Source of the DNA: an uncultured virus (IMG/VR IMGVR_UViG_3300017991_000054)
Taxonomy: Duplodnaviria; Heunggongvirae; Uroviricota; Caudoviricetes
Strand: one strand, 5' to 3'
DNA: 20,000 bases
IMG/VR virus record: IMGVR_UViG_3300017991_000054
In this document: positions 7,297-18,500 of the stretch, one piece after another
Layout of the letters: each line of letters starts with the position of its first letter
Position numbering within the stretch: the stretch's first letter is position 1
Position numbers and translations under genes: made by a program
The notes under the pieces: generated by a model
Database searches by the model: none
Told to the model about the DNA's origin: nothing
Seen by the model: the letters and a program-made list of their open reading frames with translations, nothing else

Positions 7297-8134
7297 TCTT
7301 CTTTTTCCAACTTACCTCCTTTCTCACATAAGTGTCTTCTATGTTCTCTAGTTCGAATTCACAGTATACCAGCTTTTGATAAGCTCCCAACTGTCCAGGT
7401 TGGATAGACACAGTCTCCGGAATTAACCGGTTAATAGTCATTGCTGAATAGAACGGAGCTTCGTGGATATGACCATGAATGGTGAGGAGTGGTTTTCGCT
7501 CCATGATAAAATCCGTAATTGCATAAGACCCCACTTCTGCGCGACCTCCTTGACATATGTCAAATCCTAATAGTCTTGGAGGCGCATGGAAATTATACAC
7601 CACCTTTTCTTTTGTGGGTTCTGGAAGCCAACTAAGTAAATCTTCCATAGATGGTCTGCTATCTAACCATTCTTTTAAACTAGGAATGATTTTATAACTT
7701 CCAGTCTCTGTCGTAGCTGGCAAATGAATTTGAAGAGGATCGATGGGAAATTGATCTTCGCGACGACACCAATCTTTCAACCCAAACGGATAATCCGGAA
7801 CATGATGCATTCCAATAAATGAGTAATCCCCAATAATAACTTCCCTCTTATGAGAAAGATAAACATTATCAGTGGATAACACTAAATACTCAAACATCTC
7901 GAAAAGCATCATAATATCATCATTACCAAAATCAATGATAATTGGTATTGATATTGAGTCAAAGAATTTTGGTAAGAAGCGATTAATAAAATCCTTTCTA
8001 TCATCTATAGTAGCATCACCCTTTGGTAAGATATCTGCTCCTAAGATAAGGAGTTCATGATCACTCAACTCTCGTTGAATCATTTTAAACTTTTTCGTAT
8101 GACCGTGGAGGTCAGTCGCATAGAACACTTTCAT
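7262..8134 (-). CDS. Icc/calcineurin-like metallophosphoesterase
   Basis: TDLHG, GADIL, FGNDD, FHAPP, HGHIHE; ATGA overlap with the NADAR stop. Confidence 0.88.
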   Translation of the reverse strand: MKVFYATDLHGHTKKFKMIQRELSDHELLILGADILPKGDATIDDRKDFINRFLPKFFDSISIPIIIDFGNDDIMMLFEMFEYLVLSTDNVYLSHKREVIIGDYSFIGMHHVPDYPFGLKDWCRREDQFPIDPLQIHLPATTETGSYKIIPSLKEWLDSRPSMEDLLSWLPEPTKEKVVYNFHAPPRLLGFDICQGGRAEVGSYAITDFIMERKPLLTIHGHIHEAPFYSAMTINRLIPETVSIQPGQLGAYQKLVYCEFELENIEDTYVRKEVSWKKKNEDDQKSSGAE

Positions 8135-8604
8135 GGCAATACCCCATCTCTCACTTTCATGAGAAGTTTACCTAACCAATTTTGACCTGGGATGGTCTCA
8201 CATTCATGACATTCACAATCACCCCAGAAATTGTCATGCCATGTATTACCTTCTACTAATTCCTGACCTTTCGTCTCGTCTAACATACGACGAAGATCTG
8301 GGTGGACGAACGGATCGAATTTTTGTTGAAGTAGTTCTTCCATCACTTCTAAACTAAATCCTTTCTTCCAGTCTGGTCGCAGAAACCCTTCCTTTTCAAT
8401 TTGCTTCCCGAGTTTCTTTGACTTTCCTGCTTCTCGCCCATCAAGAGTTAGTATTTTTTGAACAATAGGAGAATCAAGTCCTCTGATATCTTTAGCGGCT
8501 TGATATCCATGTTCTGTAGAGTTCCACATCAATAGGTTATACTCAACAATCGCCGGATAAAAATTACTTAGAAAACGGTAACGTCCCTCAAACCTATCGA
8601 TCAT
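8131..8604 (-). CDS. NADAR (YbiA-like) ADP-ribose/N-glycosidase family protein
   Basis: FLSNFY, STEHGYQAAK, KKLG, LRPDW, QKF, LVEGNTWHDNFWG, GQNWLGKLLMKVR. Confidence 0.93.
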   Translation of the reverse strand: MIDRFEGRYRFLSNFYPAIVEYNLLMWNSTEHGYQAAKDIRGLDSPIVQKILTLDGREAGKSKKLGKQIEKEGFLRPDWKKGFSLEVMEELLQQKFDPFVHPDLRRMLDETKGQELVEGNTWHDNFWGDCECHECETIPGQNWLGKLLMKVRDGVLP

Positions 8605-8612
8605 CGTTCCTC

Positions 8613-9833
8613 CTAACCGATCTCGACTCCTAATGGAAATAGTTTCGTAACAACCTCTACCAAATCACCTTGAGATTCCATTACAGTCTCAATGTCTTTA
8701 TAAGCATGTTCAAATTCAGAGAGGTCATATCTCCCGATGAACTTCTTACTCTTACGATCTTTCTTTCTGATCTTTCTCCACCGAGGATATACAATACCTT
8801 TTTCCCTCAGAATGCGATCGCACTCTTCAACATTAAACAATCGAATTGCATCAGCTCTTGACATAGCTCTACCGCCACCATGCGAGCAAGTATTGAAAGA
8901 TTCCTTATTCCCCTTTCCTCGAACAATGTAACTTGGTGTACTCATACTTCCGGGAATTATCCCGTAGTTATGTTTTGTTGCAAAGGTTGCTCCCTTCCTA
9001 TGGACCCAGTAGTCCTTTCCAAAATGAGCTTCCCGAGCAGCAAAATTATGGTCGATATGAATTGTATTTGGAAACGTAGCGTTTGGAAACACTTCTTTAA
9101 ATGATTCACAGAATCGCCTTGCTATTCGTTTCCTACTTTCCTGTGCGTACCTCCCCGCAAAGTCCATATCAATAATGTAGTTCGCGCCAGAATCACTATC
9201 AACTGGGAGATATGAAAGGTTTCGATCTGGTAATTCAATACCTTGTTTCTCCATCAACTTAATAGCTTTTCTATGGTAGTAGTTGCAAATAACATAACCT
9301 AAATTTCTAGATCCTGTATGAATCATGAGCCAGACAACTCCATCCTCACTAACAAGGATCTCTAGGAAATGATTGCCACCACCAAGAGTCCCAAGATTTT
9401 TCTTTGCTAAAATCCAAGTTCTCTCTTGGAACCATCCGGGTTTTGGGTTTCTTCTTTTTTCAAAATCTTGAAATCCATTCCACTCTTGTTCAATCTTGTG
9501 ACATTTTCCCTCCCCCATAGGGACACGCTGAATCACAAGTTTCAATATTTGACGTACCACGATTTTAGTCATTTCTGTTTCTTGGACATCCGTTCGAATA
9601 GCCATCATACCACAATGGATATCAACCCCAACTCCATACGGAATTACAGCATCCTCACAGAGAACGACACCCCCGATCGGCATCCCGTAACCAGAATGCG
9701 AATCAGCCATCAATGCAACCCACTTTCGCACAACAGGGTGTACAGCTAAATTCTTTGCTTGCTCTAAAGCTGCAACCTCTAAATCTTTACACCAACACTT
9801 GATGTCTAATCCGTCCGTTGAAATAACTATCAT
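8613..9833 (-). CDS. rtcB: RtcB family RNA 2',3'-cyclic-phosphate/3'-P to 5'-OH ligase
   Basis: DSHSGYGMPIGG, VGVDIHCGM, LGTLGGGNHFLE, HTGSRNLG, HNFA, HRKGAT, IPGSM, SHGGGRAMSR, AYKDIETVM. Confidence 0.95.
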   Translation of the reverse strand: MIVISTDGLDIKCWCKDLEVAALEQAKNLAVHPVVRKWVALMADSHSGYGMPIGGVVLCEDAVIPYGVGVDIHCGMMAIRTDVQETEMTKIVVRQILKLVIQRVPMGEGKCHKIEQEWNGFQDFEKRRNPKPGWFQERTWILAKKNLGTLGGGNHFLEILVSEDGVVWLMIHTGSRNLGYVICNYYHRKAIKLMEKQGIELPDRNLSYLPVDSDSGANYIIDMDFAGRYAQESRKRIARRFCESFKEVFPNATFPNTIHIDHNFAAREAHFGKDYWVHRKGATFATKHNYGIIPGSMSTPSYIVRGKGNKESFNTCSHGGGRAMSRADAIRLFNVEECDRILREKGIVYPRWRKIRKKDRKSKKFIGRYDLSEFEHAYKDIETVMESQGDLVEVVTKLFPLGVEIG

Positions 9834-10378
9834 TCCATACTACCTCCTTTCCTTGGCGGCTCCTTCACTGATATGTTCGAGTTCTGGCGAAAATATTCCC
9901 GACATTGTTCTAATGAAAGAGGTTTATATTCATGAAGTTCAAGACATACAATCAATACATTCTTTTCGAAAAGAACCCAATCATGTGTATGACCACATAT
10001 AAAAGGTCTTGTTCTATCGACACATGATAAAGATGGATCATGAGCCAATACGAATTCCTCCAACTCAAAATAAGGATAATGAATTGAAAAGAATCCTACA
10101 TCATGCCACCATCTTGCATCCGGAACATCATGGTTCCCCATTACCAGATGTTTTCTACCATTCATCTTTCTCAGGTAGTTTTCTAAAGTTCCCCGATGAC
10201 TTTTTGTGTACAACGAAAAGTCTCCGACAATCCACAGGTCGTCATCTGGAGAAACAATAGAATTATTATTCCGGATGATCAAACTATCATGATGACGAAT
10301 ATTTCTGAACTCCGTCCGGACTTTTTCAATAATTCCATAGTGACCCAAGTGAGGGTCAGACGTAACGAAATGAGCCAA
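9830..10378 (-). CDS. Calcineurin-like phosphoesterase (short phage type)
   Basis: TSDPHLGH, VGDFS, GNHD, LAHDP, CGHTH; TTG start after AGGAGGT; ATGA overlap with rtcB. Confidence 0.9.
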   Translation of the reverse strand: MAHFVTSDPHLGHYGIIEKVRTEFRNIRHHDSLIIRNNNSIVSPDDDLWIVGDFSLYTKSHRGTLENYLRKMNGRKHLVMGNHDVPDARWWHDVGFFSIHYPYFELEEFVLAHDPSLSCVDRTRPFICGHTHDWVLFEKNVLIVCLELHEYKPLSLEQCREYFRQNSNISVKEPPRKGGSME

Positions 10379-10467
10379 CGAATACCTCCTTTCTACATTA
10401 ACCTGTCAATATGTTTTTGTTATAGAACATAATATAAACACAACATATTGAAAGGAGAATATGGTTA
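10379..10467. promoter_or_regulatory. Divergent intergenic control region with a 10-bp inverted repeat and a TAGAACATAA motif
   Basis: Strand switch point; RBS on both ends; TCAATATGTT (10406-10415) / AACATATTGA (10442-10451); TAGAACATAA at 10423-10432. Confidence 0.55.
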
Positions 10468-11085
10468 ATGGATAAACTTAAATTTCCCAAAACGACACAG
10501 ACTGGACTTGTGGTATGCCAGGAGTGTGGTAAAGGATTTAAAAGAATAACTCCGATGCATTTACAAAAGTCTCATGATATGACGTTTGGGGAATACCAGT
10601 TAAAATATCCCGATTGTCCAATCTCAGACAAACAGTATGAAGCCTCAAGAGAATTCCAGGACAGTACATTGTTTAAAGGCAATGAACAACCCGAGAGAGA
10701 TGTCACCGAACCTGGAATTGATTATAAAGATAAAGATAAACTACCCCCACACTCAATCCTCAATCTTAAAGGTGTTCCTAAAAACAAAGCTGATATCCTA
10801 GAATTCCTTCACCCATATTATCCTCATATTGAAAACAATTTAATGATCGAAAAGACAAGACCAAGTGATGGAAGATTAGAATATCAGTATATTACAGACA
10901 TGGCAGATCCTGTAAGAAAAGTGATTTTTGATTTTCCAAAATCATTTTGGCATAACCAAGACTTTCCTCCAGACCATTTGAAAGAAAATAGATTGAAGCG
11001 AGACGGGTGGATAATCATAACTGTAGATAAACACTATCCTACAGTCCAAGACGTCGAACTCGATTCAGATATTATCACAGAGTAA
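10468..11085 (+). CDS. Zn-finger protein with a C-terminal Vsr/DUF559-like (PD-(D/E)xK) domain, possibly inactive
   Basis: CQECGKGFKRITPMHLQKSH...EYQLKYP finger; C-terminal TDMADPVRKVIFDFPKSFWH...KENRLKRDGWIIITV resembles the DUF559/Vsr pattern. Confidence 0.65.
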   Translation: MDKLKFPKTTQTGLVVCQECGKGFKRITPMHLQKSHDMTFGEYQLKYPDCPISDKQYEASREFQDSTLFKGNEQPERDVTEPGIDYKDKDKLPPHSILNLKGVPKNKADILEFLHPYYPHIENNLMIEKTRPSDGRLEYQYITDMADPVRKVIFDFPKSFWHNQDFPPDHLKENRLKRDGWIIITVDKHYPTVQDVELDSDIITE

Positions 11086-11165
11086 CCGATTCTAACTGAA
11101 TTGTAGAACATATTAATGAAATACAACTCAATTACTTAGTGTAATTAATTTACCATTATGTTACC

Positions 11166-11197
11166 GGGATGTCGTTAACAGGCGACATCCCATTTTT
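11166..11197 (+). terminator. Rho-independent terminator
   Basis: GGGATGTCGtt-aaca-ggCGACATCCC followed by ATTTTT, downstream of the Zn-finger gene. Confidence 0.75.
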
Positions 11198-11396
11198 CCG
11201 TTGTCGACCTCTGAAACAAACTAAATTTTTCTTCTCATTAATTAATATATATAGAACGCGTTCCCCAAATTAGAACTTCTGTCCTGTTTTGATCAATAGA
11301 ACAAATACCAAATTCTAAGGTTTTTGTCAGCATTTTCCAACCTTTACATCTTAAAAGTAACTTCAAGGAAATTACCTTACTGGAGGACCAAAACAA

Positions 11397-12185
11397 ATGG
11401 GAAACACCATACCTGTACAAGAGAGAAGTGTAGACCCATACGCATCGTACAATTCAGATATAGTCAATAAACTCACCAGGATTATAACGGATGGAGCGGA
11501 CTGTTTGATTCACCCCGATCCTATCGATGTGATTCCCAATGATAGCACAAGTGTGATTGTAACAGAAGGGAATGGAATTAAGGATGACGTTTTAATTCAA
11601 GTAGATGATTTACAAGTAAATTGTGACGATGCTGACTTTTTTATCGACTCAACGTCTGCATGGGATTCTACAGGATACTATTATGTAGTATTAAACTACA
11701 CATACGCAAAAACAAGACCTGCACCTTACGCAACTATAGGTCTTATTAAACCCGCCCAGCGATTAACATCTTATGATTCAAGACATTTATTTTTAGCTTG
11801 CCTTGACGTTGGTCCGGATGGAAGTGGAGGATATCAGGTTGATGCCATTCTCGACTACGATCCGGATTATCCACAGAACAGACGGTTAATTCGAGGGTCG
11901 GACCCAACCGGCGCGACAGTTTCTTTTGTTGTAGTTAGTACGGATTATAATGCTGACGCAGATGATAGAAATATTAAAGTATCAGGAAACACAAAAATTA
12001 CTCTTCCGGATGCAAACGCAACCAAAGAGTTACGTATTATTAAAACGGATGCAGCGCCAAATGTTGTTACCGTAGAAGCCCAACCGGGTGAATATATTGA
12101 TAAAGTAACATCAATCCAAATGACAGGGCAGTGGAATGAAGTTACGCTTCTTCCCGATGGAATTGGGACTTGGATTGAGATATAA
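11397..12185 (+). CDS. Putative virion structural (tail/baseplate-associated) protein
   Basis: GGAGG RBS; acidic, beta-rich; C-terminal KITLPDA...IIKTDAAPNVVTV...IDKV...VTLLPDGIGTW module typical of phage tail-fibre-associated domains. Confidence 0.65.
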   Translation: MGNTIPVQERSVDPYASYNSDIVNKLTRIITDGADCLIHPDPIDVIPNDSTSVIVTEGNGIKDDVLIQVDDLQVNCDDADFFIDSTSAWDSTGYYYVVLNYTYAKTRPAPYATIGLIKPAQRLTSYDSRHLFLACLDVGPDGSGGYQVDAILDYDPDYPQNRRLIRGSDPTGATVSFVVVSTDYNADADDRNIKVSGNTKITLPDANATKELRIIKTDAAPNVVTVEAQPGEYIDKVTSIQMTGQWNEVTLLPDGIGTWIEI

Positions 12186-12210
12186 CTTCTTTTCACAGGA
12201 GGAATAAACC

Positions 12211-12504
12211 ATGGATTATCGGTTTGAAGACGTATATGCTAGACTCACATCTCTAGAAGCAGGTGGTGGCGGTGGTGGCGGTACTAACGGATACACAGAA
12301 GTGTTCACTACAGCAGCCACTGAATGGGTTGTTTCACATAATCTTGGTACCTTTGGATTGATGGTACAATGCTGGGACGGCGAAGGCGCTGGTGCAGAGA
12401 AAATTATGCCAGCCAGTATTATAGAAGACACCACAGCTCAGATGACCATCGACTGGGGAACTGAGGAAGTATCAGGTAGAGTAGCAGTTGTAGCAACAAG
12501 CTAA
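12211..12504 (+). CDS. Small tail-fibre-associated protein (WxxxHNLG-type beta domain)
   Basis: AGGAGG RBS; short helix, Gly linker, then EWVVSHNLG...VQCWD...MTIDW...SGRVAVV. Confidence 0.65.
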   Translation: MDYRFEDVYARLTSLEAGGGGGGGTNGYTEVFTTAATEWVVSHNLGTFGLMVQCWDGEGAGAEKIMPASIIEDTTAQMTIDWGTEEVSGRVAVVATS

Positions 12505-12530
12505 GAATATTTTAAGGAGTCTACTACGTT

Positions 12531-15500
12531 ATGAAATATTACGGTGTAAATCTTAAAGGCGATCTTACAAGACGCACAGATTTCGAACTACTTGGACCTC
12601 TATTAGGAGAGGCCAATAAATCATATATCCAAAGTCTCCTAGATTACCGTGAAGGGAATGGAGCGCGTTCTTACCATTCCAACGTTGTAGACACTATTCA
12701 AGGAGATGTTATAGCTGGACGAGATAACTTCTTTCCTGGTGTTCCTCCTTCTGGTGAACAGATTGACATTACTAGTTTAAAGGGATTAATTGATGGTGGA
12801 AATTATTGGACGCGTAGAACCAACATTAATGATTCACGATATGGTTTAACTGGCTTTACCGGCGCATCAGGTTTTGGGGTTATAGCAGGTGGTGATAATG
12901 GCGGAAGAACTAATACCGTAGAACGATATTCCGACGCATCTAACTTATGGATTTACAGAACCAATCTCAATGATGCACGAGATTATCTAGGTTCTTTTTC
13001 ATTGACTTCTGATCTTGGTGTGTCTGCGACTGGAGGAAATTCATCAGGCTATTCTTCCACTACGGAGAGATATTCCGATGCTGGTAATTCTTGGACTTCC
13101 AGAGCTAGTTGTAGTTTTAGAAGGTACGGATCTGGAGCTTATACATTAGATTCCAGTTATGGTATACTTGCTGGTGGAACAAACGGCGCCGGAAATTACT
13201 TAACAAATGTTGAGCGTTTTGATGATTCAGCAAATAGTTGGGCTTCCAGAACTGCAATTAGTATTGGCAGAACAGGATTGGGCAGCTTTTCACAAAATAC
13301 AGACAACGGAATTGTAGCTGGTGGCATCAATGGAAATGTTACAGGTACAACTGAACAGTATTCAAATTCTGCCAATGCTTGGACTACCAAAACGTCTCTT
13401 TCAATTGTCAGACATTATTTAACTGGCTTTTCTTGCACTTCTGAATCGGGTATAGCATCTGGAGGGTTTAATGATTCTTCTAGATTAGCTAATACAGATA
13501 AATTCTCAAATTCGGGAAATATATGGAATTGTAGATCTCACATGTCTTCAACAAGAAGTCATTTAGGTGGGTTTGTAATTAACTCAAATCATGGATTATG
13601 TATTGGAGGGTTATCAAACCAAGAAGTGGCTGAAAGATTTAAAGATTCATCAACAATATTCGATAATCAAACAACTTCAACATATAAACATCCAAATGCA
13701 GCAGTTCCAAGAAATGATGAAAATCAATACGGTCCAAATTTAGTTTACAATGGTGATATGGAATTAGACGATGATACATGGATTGATTTTGGTACACCTT
13801 CATTAAACGCGAGAGATGGTTATAAGTTTAACGGAAATTATAGTCGCAAGCTCCAAACTGATGGCAACAATGAAGGTATGAGAATGGCCGATCACAAAGC
13901 TATGACTACTGAAACCGGTAAAACATATAAGTTCAGCGTCATGGTTTATGCTCAAACTAATAGTAATGTTTATATCCAAATCAATCGAGGTGGTAGTGGA
14001 GCACAAGCATTTACATATAGTAACCTTAATACCCCAGCATGGAATCTTGTAGAATTTGAATATTATGAAACAAGTGGTGGAGATAACTGTATCATCTATC
14101 TAATTAGTGGTGGTGGAGCTGGTAATACATATTATTTTGATGATGTACAGTTCAGAGAAGTTCTAGAAACTAGAAATTCAAAAGATGTCGTATCTACAAA
14201 AGATCTTTCTAATACAACTGATCAAATTAAACATATAGTTGTTACATCCCTTAACCAAAAACGAGATCCAGTAGCAATGAACGGTTATTGGACTACAAGA
14301 AATCCATTAATCTTCCAAAGAACTCTTCACGCAGGTTTTGGTCTTACTGATGATTTCGGAATGGTTGCCGGCGGTTGGATTTCTTCTTCATATGCTAATT
14401 CAGAAAGACATTCTGACAGCGGTAACGCATGGGTTGTTAGGGGGAATATTACTCAAGCTAGATCTTCATTTGCTGGTTTAGAAGAAAGCTCAGAATATGG
14501 ACATGCTGTAGCTGGTTCAACGACAGGTTCTAATTATGTAAATACAGTAGATAGATATTTTGATCCTGGTACAACATGGACAGCAAGAACTGGATGTAAT
14601 ATTTCAAGACATAGTCATTGTGCATTTAAACTAACAGATAATCTTGGCCTCATGGCCAATGGTTACAATGGAACTCAAGCTCTTGGAAACGTTGAACGAG
14701 TTGATTATTCGACTGGCGGATGGTCTAACAGGACAGCCACCGTTGATAATGTTCGATATTCAGCAGGTTCAGCAATGTCAGACGACCAAGGTCTTGTCTC
14801 TGGTGGTTTGAATAATTCTTCTACTGTAAAAAATACAACATGGCGTTATGACAACAATGCTAATATATGGACATCTAGAACAACATTATTGATGGCTGCT
14901 AGGGAACATGATGCATTTAATGTTTCAAAAAATGAAGTGGTAATCAATGGTGGATTTAACGGGTCCAGATTAGTTGTTGTACAAAAATTTGATGATAGTA
15001 CAAATTCTATGTCAAACCAAACAGATCAACTTGACTTCTCACATCACCATAATTCAATTAATATTGGATCTTCTAATCAAGGTCTTTCATTTGGGGGTTA
15101 TGTTGGAGTTGGTTCTAACGAAACAGGATTTGCTCAAAAATATACTGACTCAGAAGTAGCATCTATTTCTGCTCCAACATTTGACATTTCTCTATCTGGT
15201 AATGATGATGAAAGTCAAGACTTCGATTTAAGAGATCAATCGTTTGATACATTAATTGATTTAACAGGATATACAAATACTGGAAGCTGGTCTTTTGGAA
15301 CAGCAATTCCTAATGAGCATAACGAGTCTGCTTCATTTGGAGGGATTGACACAACTAAGGGTATTGTTGCTGGCGGTGATAACGCATCTGGACGTCTTGC
15401 TTATGTAGATCGATATGACACATCTCAAAATGCTTGGTATCAAAGAACTGCTCTGACTGAAGAAACAAGTCAAACAGATGGATTTGGACTGACATCAAAT

Positions 15501-18500
15501 TTAGGTGTAATGGCTGGTGGTTACAACGCTACAAGTTATACAGCAGCAGTGTATAGATATAATGACACTGGTAATAGTTGGACGTCAAGAACAGCTATGA
15601 ACACAATCAGATCAAGAATCATGTCACTTCAATTAGATTCTGATAAAGGTTTAGTTTCTGGTGGTCATAATGCGTCATATCTTTCCAATGTGGAACGACA
15701 CTCAAATTCTGGAAATAACTGGACTAACAGAACCAGTTTGAATACAGCTAGACGACATGGAGCTGCAACAGGGTTTACTTCAGATAGTGGATTAATTTCT
15801 GGTGGTTATAATGGAACATTACCTTTACATTCTACCGAGTTATATTCTGATTCTGGTAATAGTTGGACTTCAAAAGCTTCTATTGGTATAAGAAAAGTTG
15901 GTGTTAGAGGTCTTGAACTAGATACAACATCTGGACTCATTACCGGAGGAAGAGAAACAACAACTAATGAATATTATAATACGGTTTTAGAGTATTCTCT
16001 TACAAATGATACATGGACTGAAAAAGTGATTATGCTTTCAGGGAGAGAGATGCATGGTTCTCTTGAAATGTCATCAACAACAGGTATTGTAGCAGCTGGT
16101 AATAATTATCTATATCTAACTTCAACTGAGAAATATAATAGTGAAGCAACACAACCTGTATTAGAACCAGCGGGTATTTGGACTAGTAGAGCAGGATGTT
16201 TAGATAAACCAGCGTGGTCACATGGTGCACCACTCACTTCAGACTCAGGTTTAAGAACAGGTGGTCATAACGGAATTTACTCAAATTCCACTTACAAATA
16301 TACTGATTCTAGTAATGGTTGGACCAAACGAACAAATCTTTCTCAAACTAAATATGGGTCTGGCGCTTTTCCTTTACAAGAAAATTCAATGCTGTCAGCA
16401 GGCGGAAGAAATATTACTACATTTTTAGCAACAACATATAGATTTGATGAAGGTTCTAATGCGTGGACTTCCAGAACAAGTATGAGTAATGCTAGAACTC
16501 ACCCTGTGGGTTTTGGTGTAAATACAGATCAAGGTATTATTGCTACAGGAGAAACAGGTGGACAAGTTGTTTATGTAGAAAGATTTTCTGAATCAGGAAA
16601 TTCTTGGACAAGTCGAACTAATATCAATACTGGTGTACAAGGTGCAGGTGGTTTTAAAGTAAATACAGATATTGGAATTTTGAATGGTGGTTATAATGGC
16701 TCAATCGGGTACACATCTATAACACAAAGATATTCTAATTCTGAAAATCTCTGGACATTTAGAGGTAACACAACAAAAACAAAACTTGGAAACTATGGAT
16801 TCTCTCTAAAAGGTGAAAGAGGTCTTTTAGGACCAGGTTCTCAAGGTGTAGATAGTCACAATACAACCGATCGTTATGAAGATTCGTCAGGAATATGGTC
16901 GAGTAGGGCAACAGTAACAACATATCGATATGGATATGGCGCTCATGAAGTTGGGTCTGGAGACCAAGGTATCATTGCACATGGATATGATGCAAATAGT
17001 GACAATATTGATTATACAGATCGATATTCGGATGGCGCAATTGCTTCTACTGTAGATCCTGCTGGTTACTGGACATATAGAACAGACCTTGGAAGAAGAC
17101 GATATGCAACAACAAGTTTTGAACTAACTTCAAATCTTGGTGTTACATGTGCAGGTAATAATGGTTCTGGAGCTCAAGGCGTTGTTGATCGATATAACGA
17201 CACTGATAATACTTGGGAATCTAGAACTGATCTAAATACATCACGTCAGGATCTGGCTGGCTGGAATATGGATTCAGATCAAGGGATTGCTGCTGCTGGA
17301 GCTTCAGGTGGCTACAGCGGTGCGACTGAAAGATATTCAAACTCCGCAGACTCTTGGACAAATAGAACAAGTGCATCTTTTGCTGCAAGTTTGTCAACTG
17401 GTGCAAAACTCACATCTGATCTTGGAATCAAAGCTGGCGGAACAAATGGAACAACAAGAGATTTAGTAGAAAGATTTTCAGATTCTGGAAACGCCTGGAC
17501 TAGCAGAACAGCTCTAAATGAAACCAAACAAGGTCCATCTGGAATTGGTCTAACTACAGATGTTGTAATTGTAGCAGCAGGGCATAACGGAACATCATAT
17601 TCAATTTTAACTGATAGATATTCTGATTCTGGAAATTCGTGGACTGCAGTAGCAACAAAACCAGCTTCATCTCAAAACTGTGATGCTTTCAAAATTAGTG
17701 ATAATTTAGCTATTACTGCAGGCGGAAAGAACAGCGTTCGTTTAACAGCATCTGATAAATTCCATAATACAGAAAATACATGGTCTGTACGAACGCCAAT
17801 GAATAAGGAACGAAGTAGAGTTGGGGAATTCGCAACTGGATCATCTCAAGGCATATGTTGTGGTGGTCGTGATGAACTTGGATCCTACGTAGGAACCACT
17901 GAAAGATTTACAGATACATATACATCTGAAGCAATCAATCCATATTACAAACTAAGATTGAAGTTTAACTTGTACAGAGATATTCAAGGTGATAGTTGGG
18001 TGTTGAGAACAAACGTTCCTAGTGATATTGGATATCATGGTTCTTTTTCTCTTAATAGCAATCAAGGACTTCAATTCGGGGGAGATGCAAATGGTGGTGG
18101 TACCTGGTTAAATACTTCTTATAGATATACAGACGACTCAAATTCTTGGTTATCAAGAGCAACTTTAAGCTACGGTGGTCAGAGAATGGGATTTGGTCTT
18201 ACATCAGACTTTGGTTTATCTGTTGCTGGTTGGAATGGGTCAGCTAGAAACCACGCTGAGAGATATTCAGATTCTGCTAATACATGGCTGTCAAGAACTG
18301 CTGCTAATAGATCACGTTATGCAGCAGATAGTTATACAATGACCACTAACACTGGATTAGTTGCAACAGGTCATAATGGTTCAGGAAGAGAAGATCAAGC
18401 AGAAAGATATACTGATTCTTTAAATTCATGGACGTCTAGAACTTCTGCAACAGAGAAAATATATAAATCTAGAGGATTTCCTATTACAACTGATCTGGGC

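Noticed and set aside
10404..10409. TTGACA on the minus strand as a sigma70 -35 box for the left operon
   Set aside because: The position expected for the -10 box falls on the RBS/start region with no TATAAT-like match.
781..10432. Many short plus-strand and alternate-frame ORFs (60-127 aa) over the minus-strand operon
   Set aside because: They overlap genes with strong family motifs and show no recognisable domains of their own.
12262..12283. GGT/GGC short repeat
   Set aside because: Encodes an ordinary poly-Gly linker.
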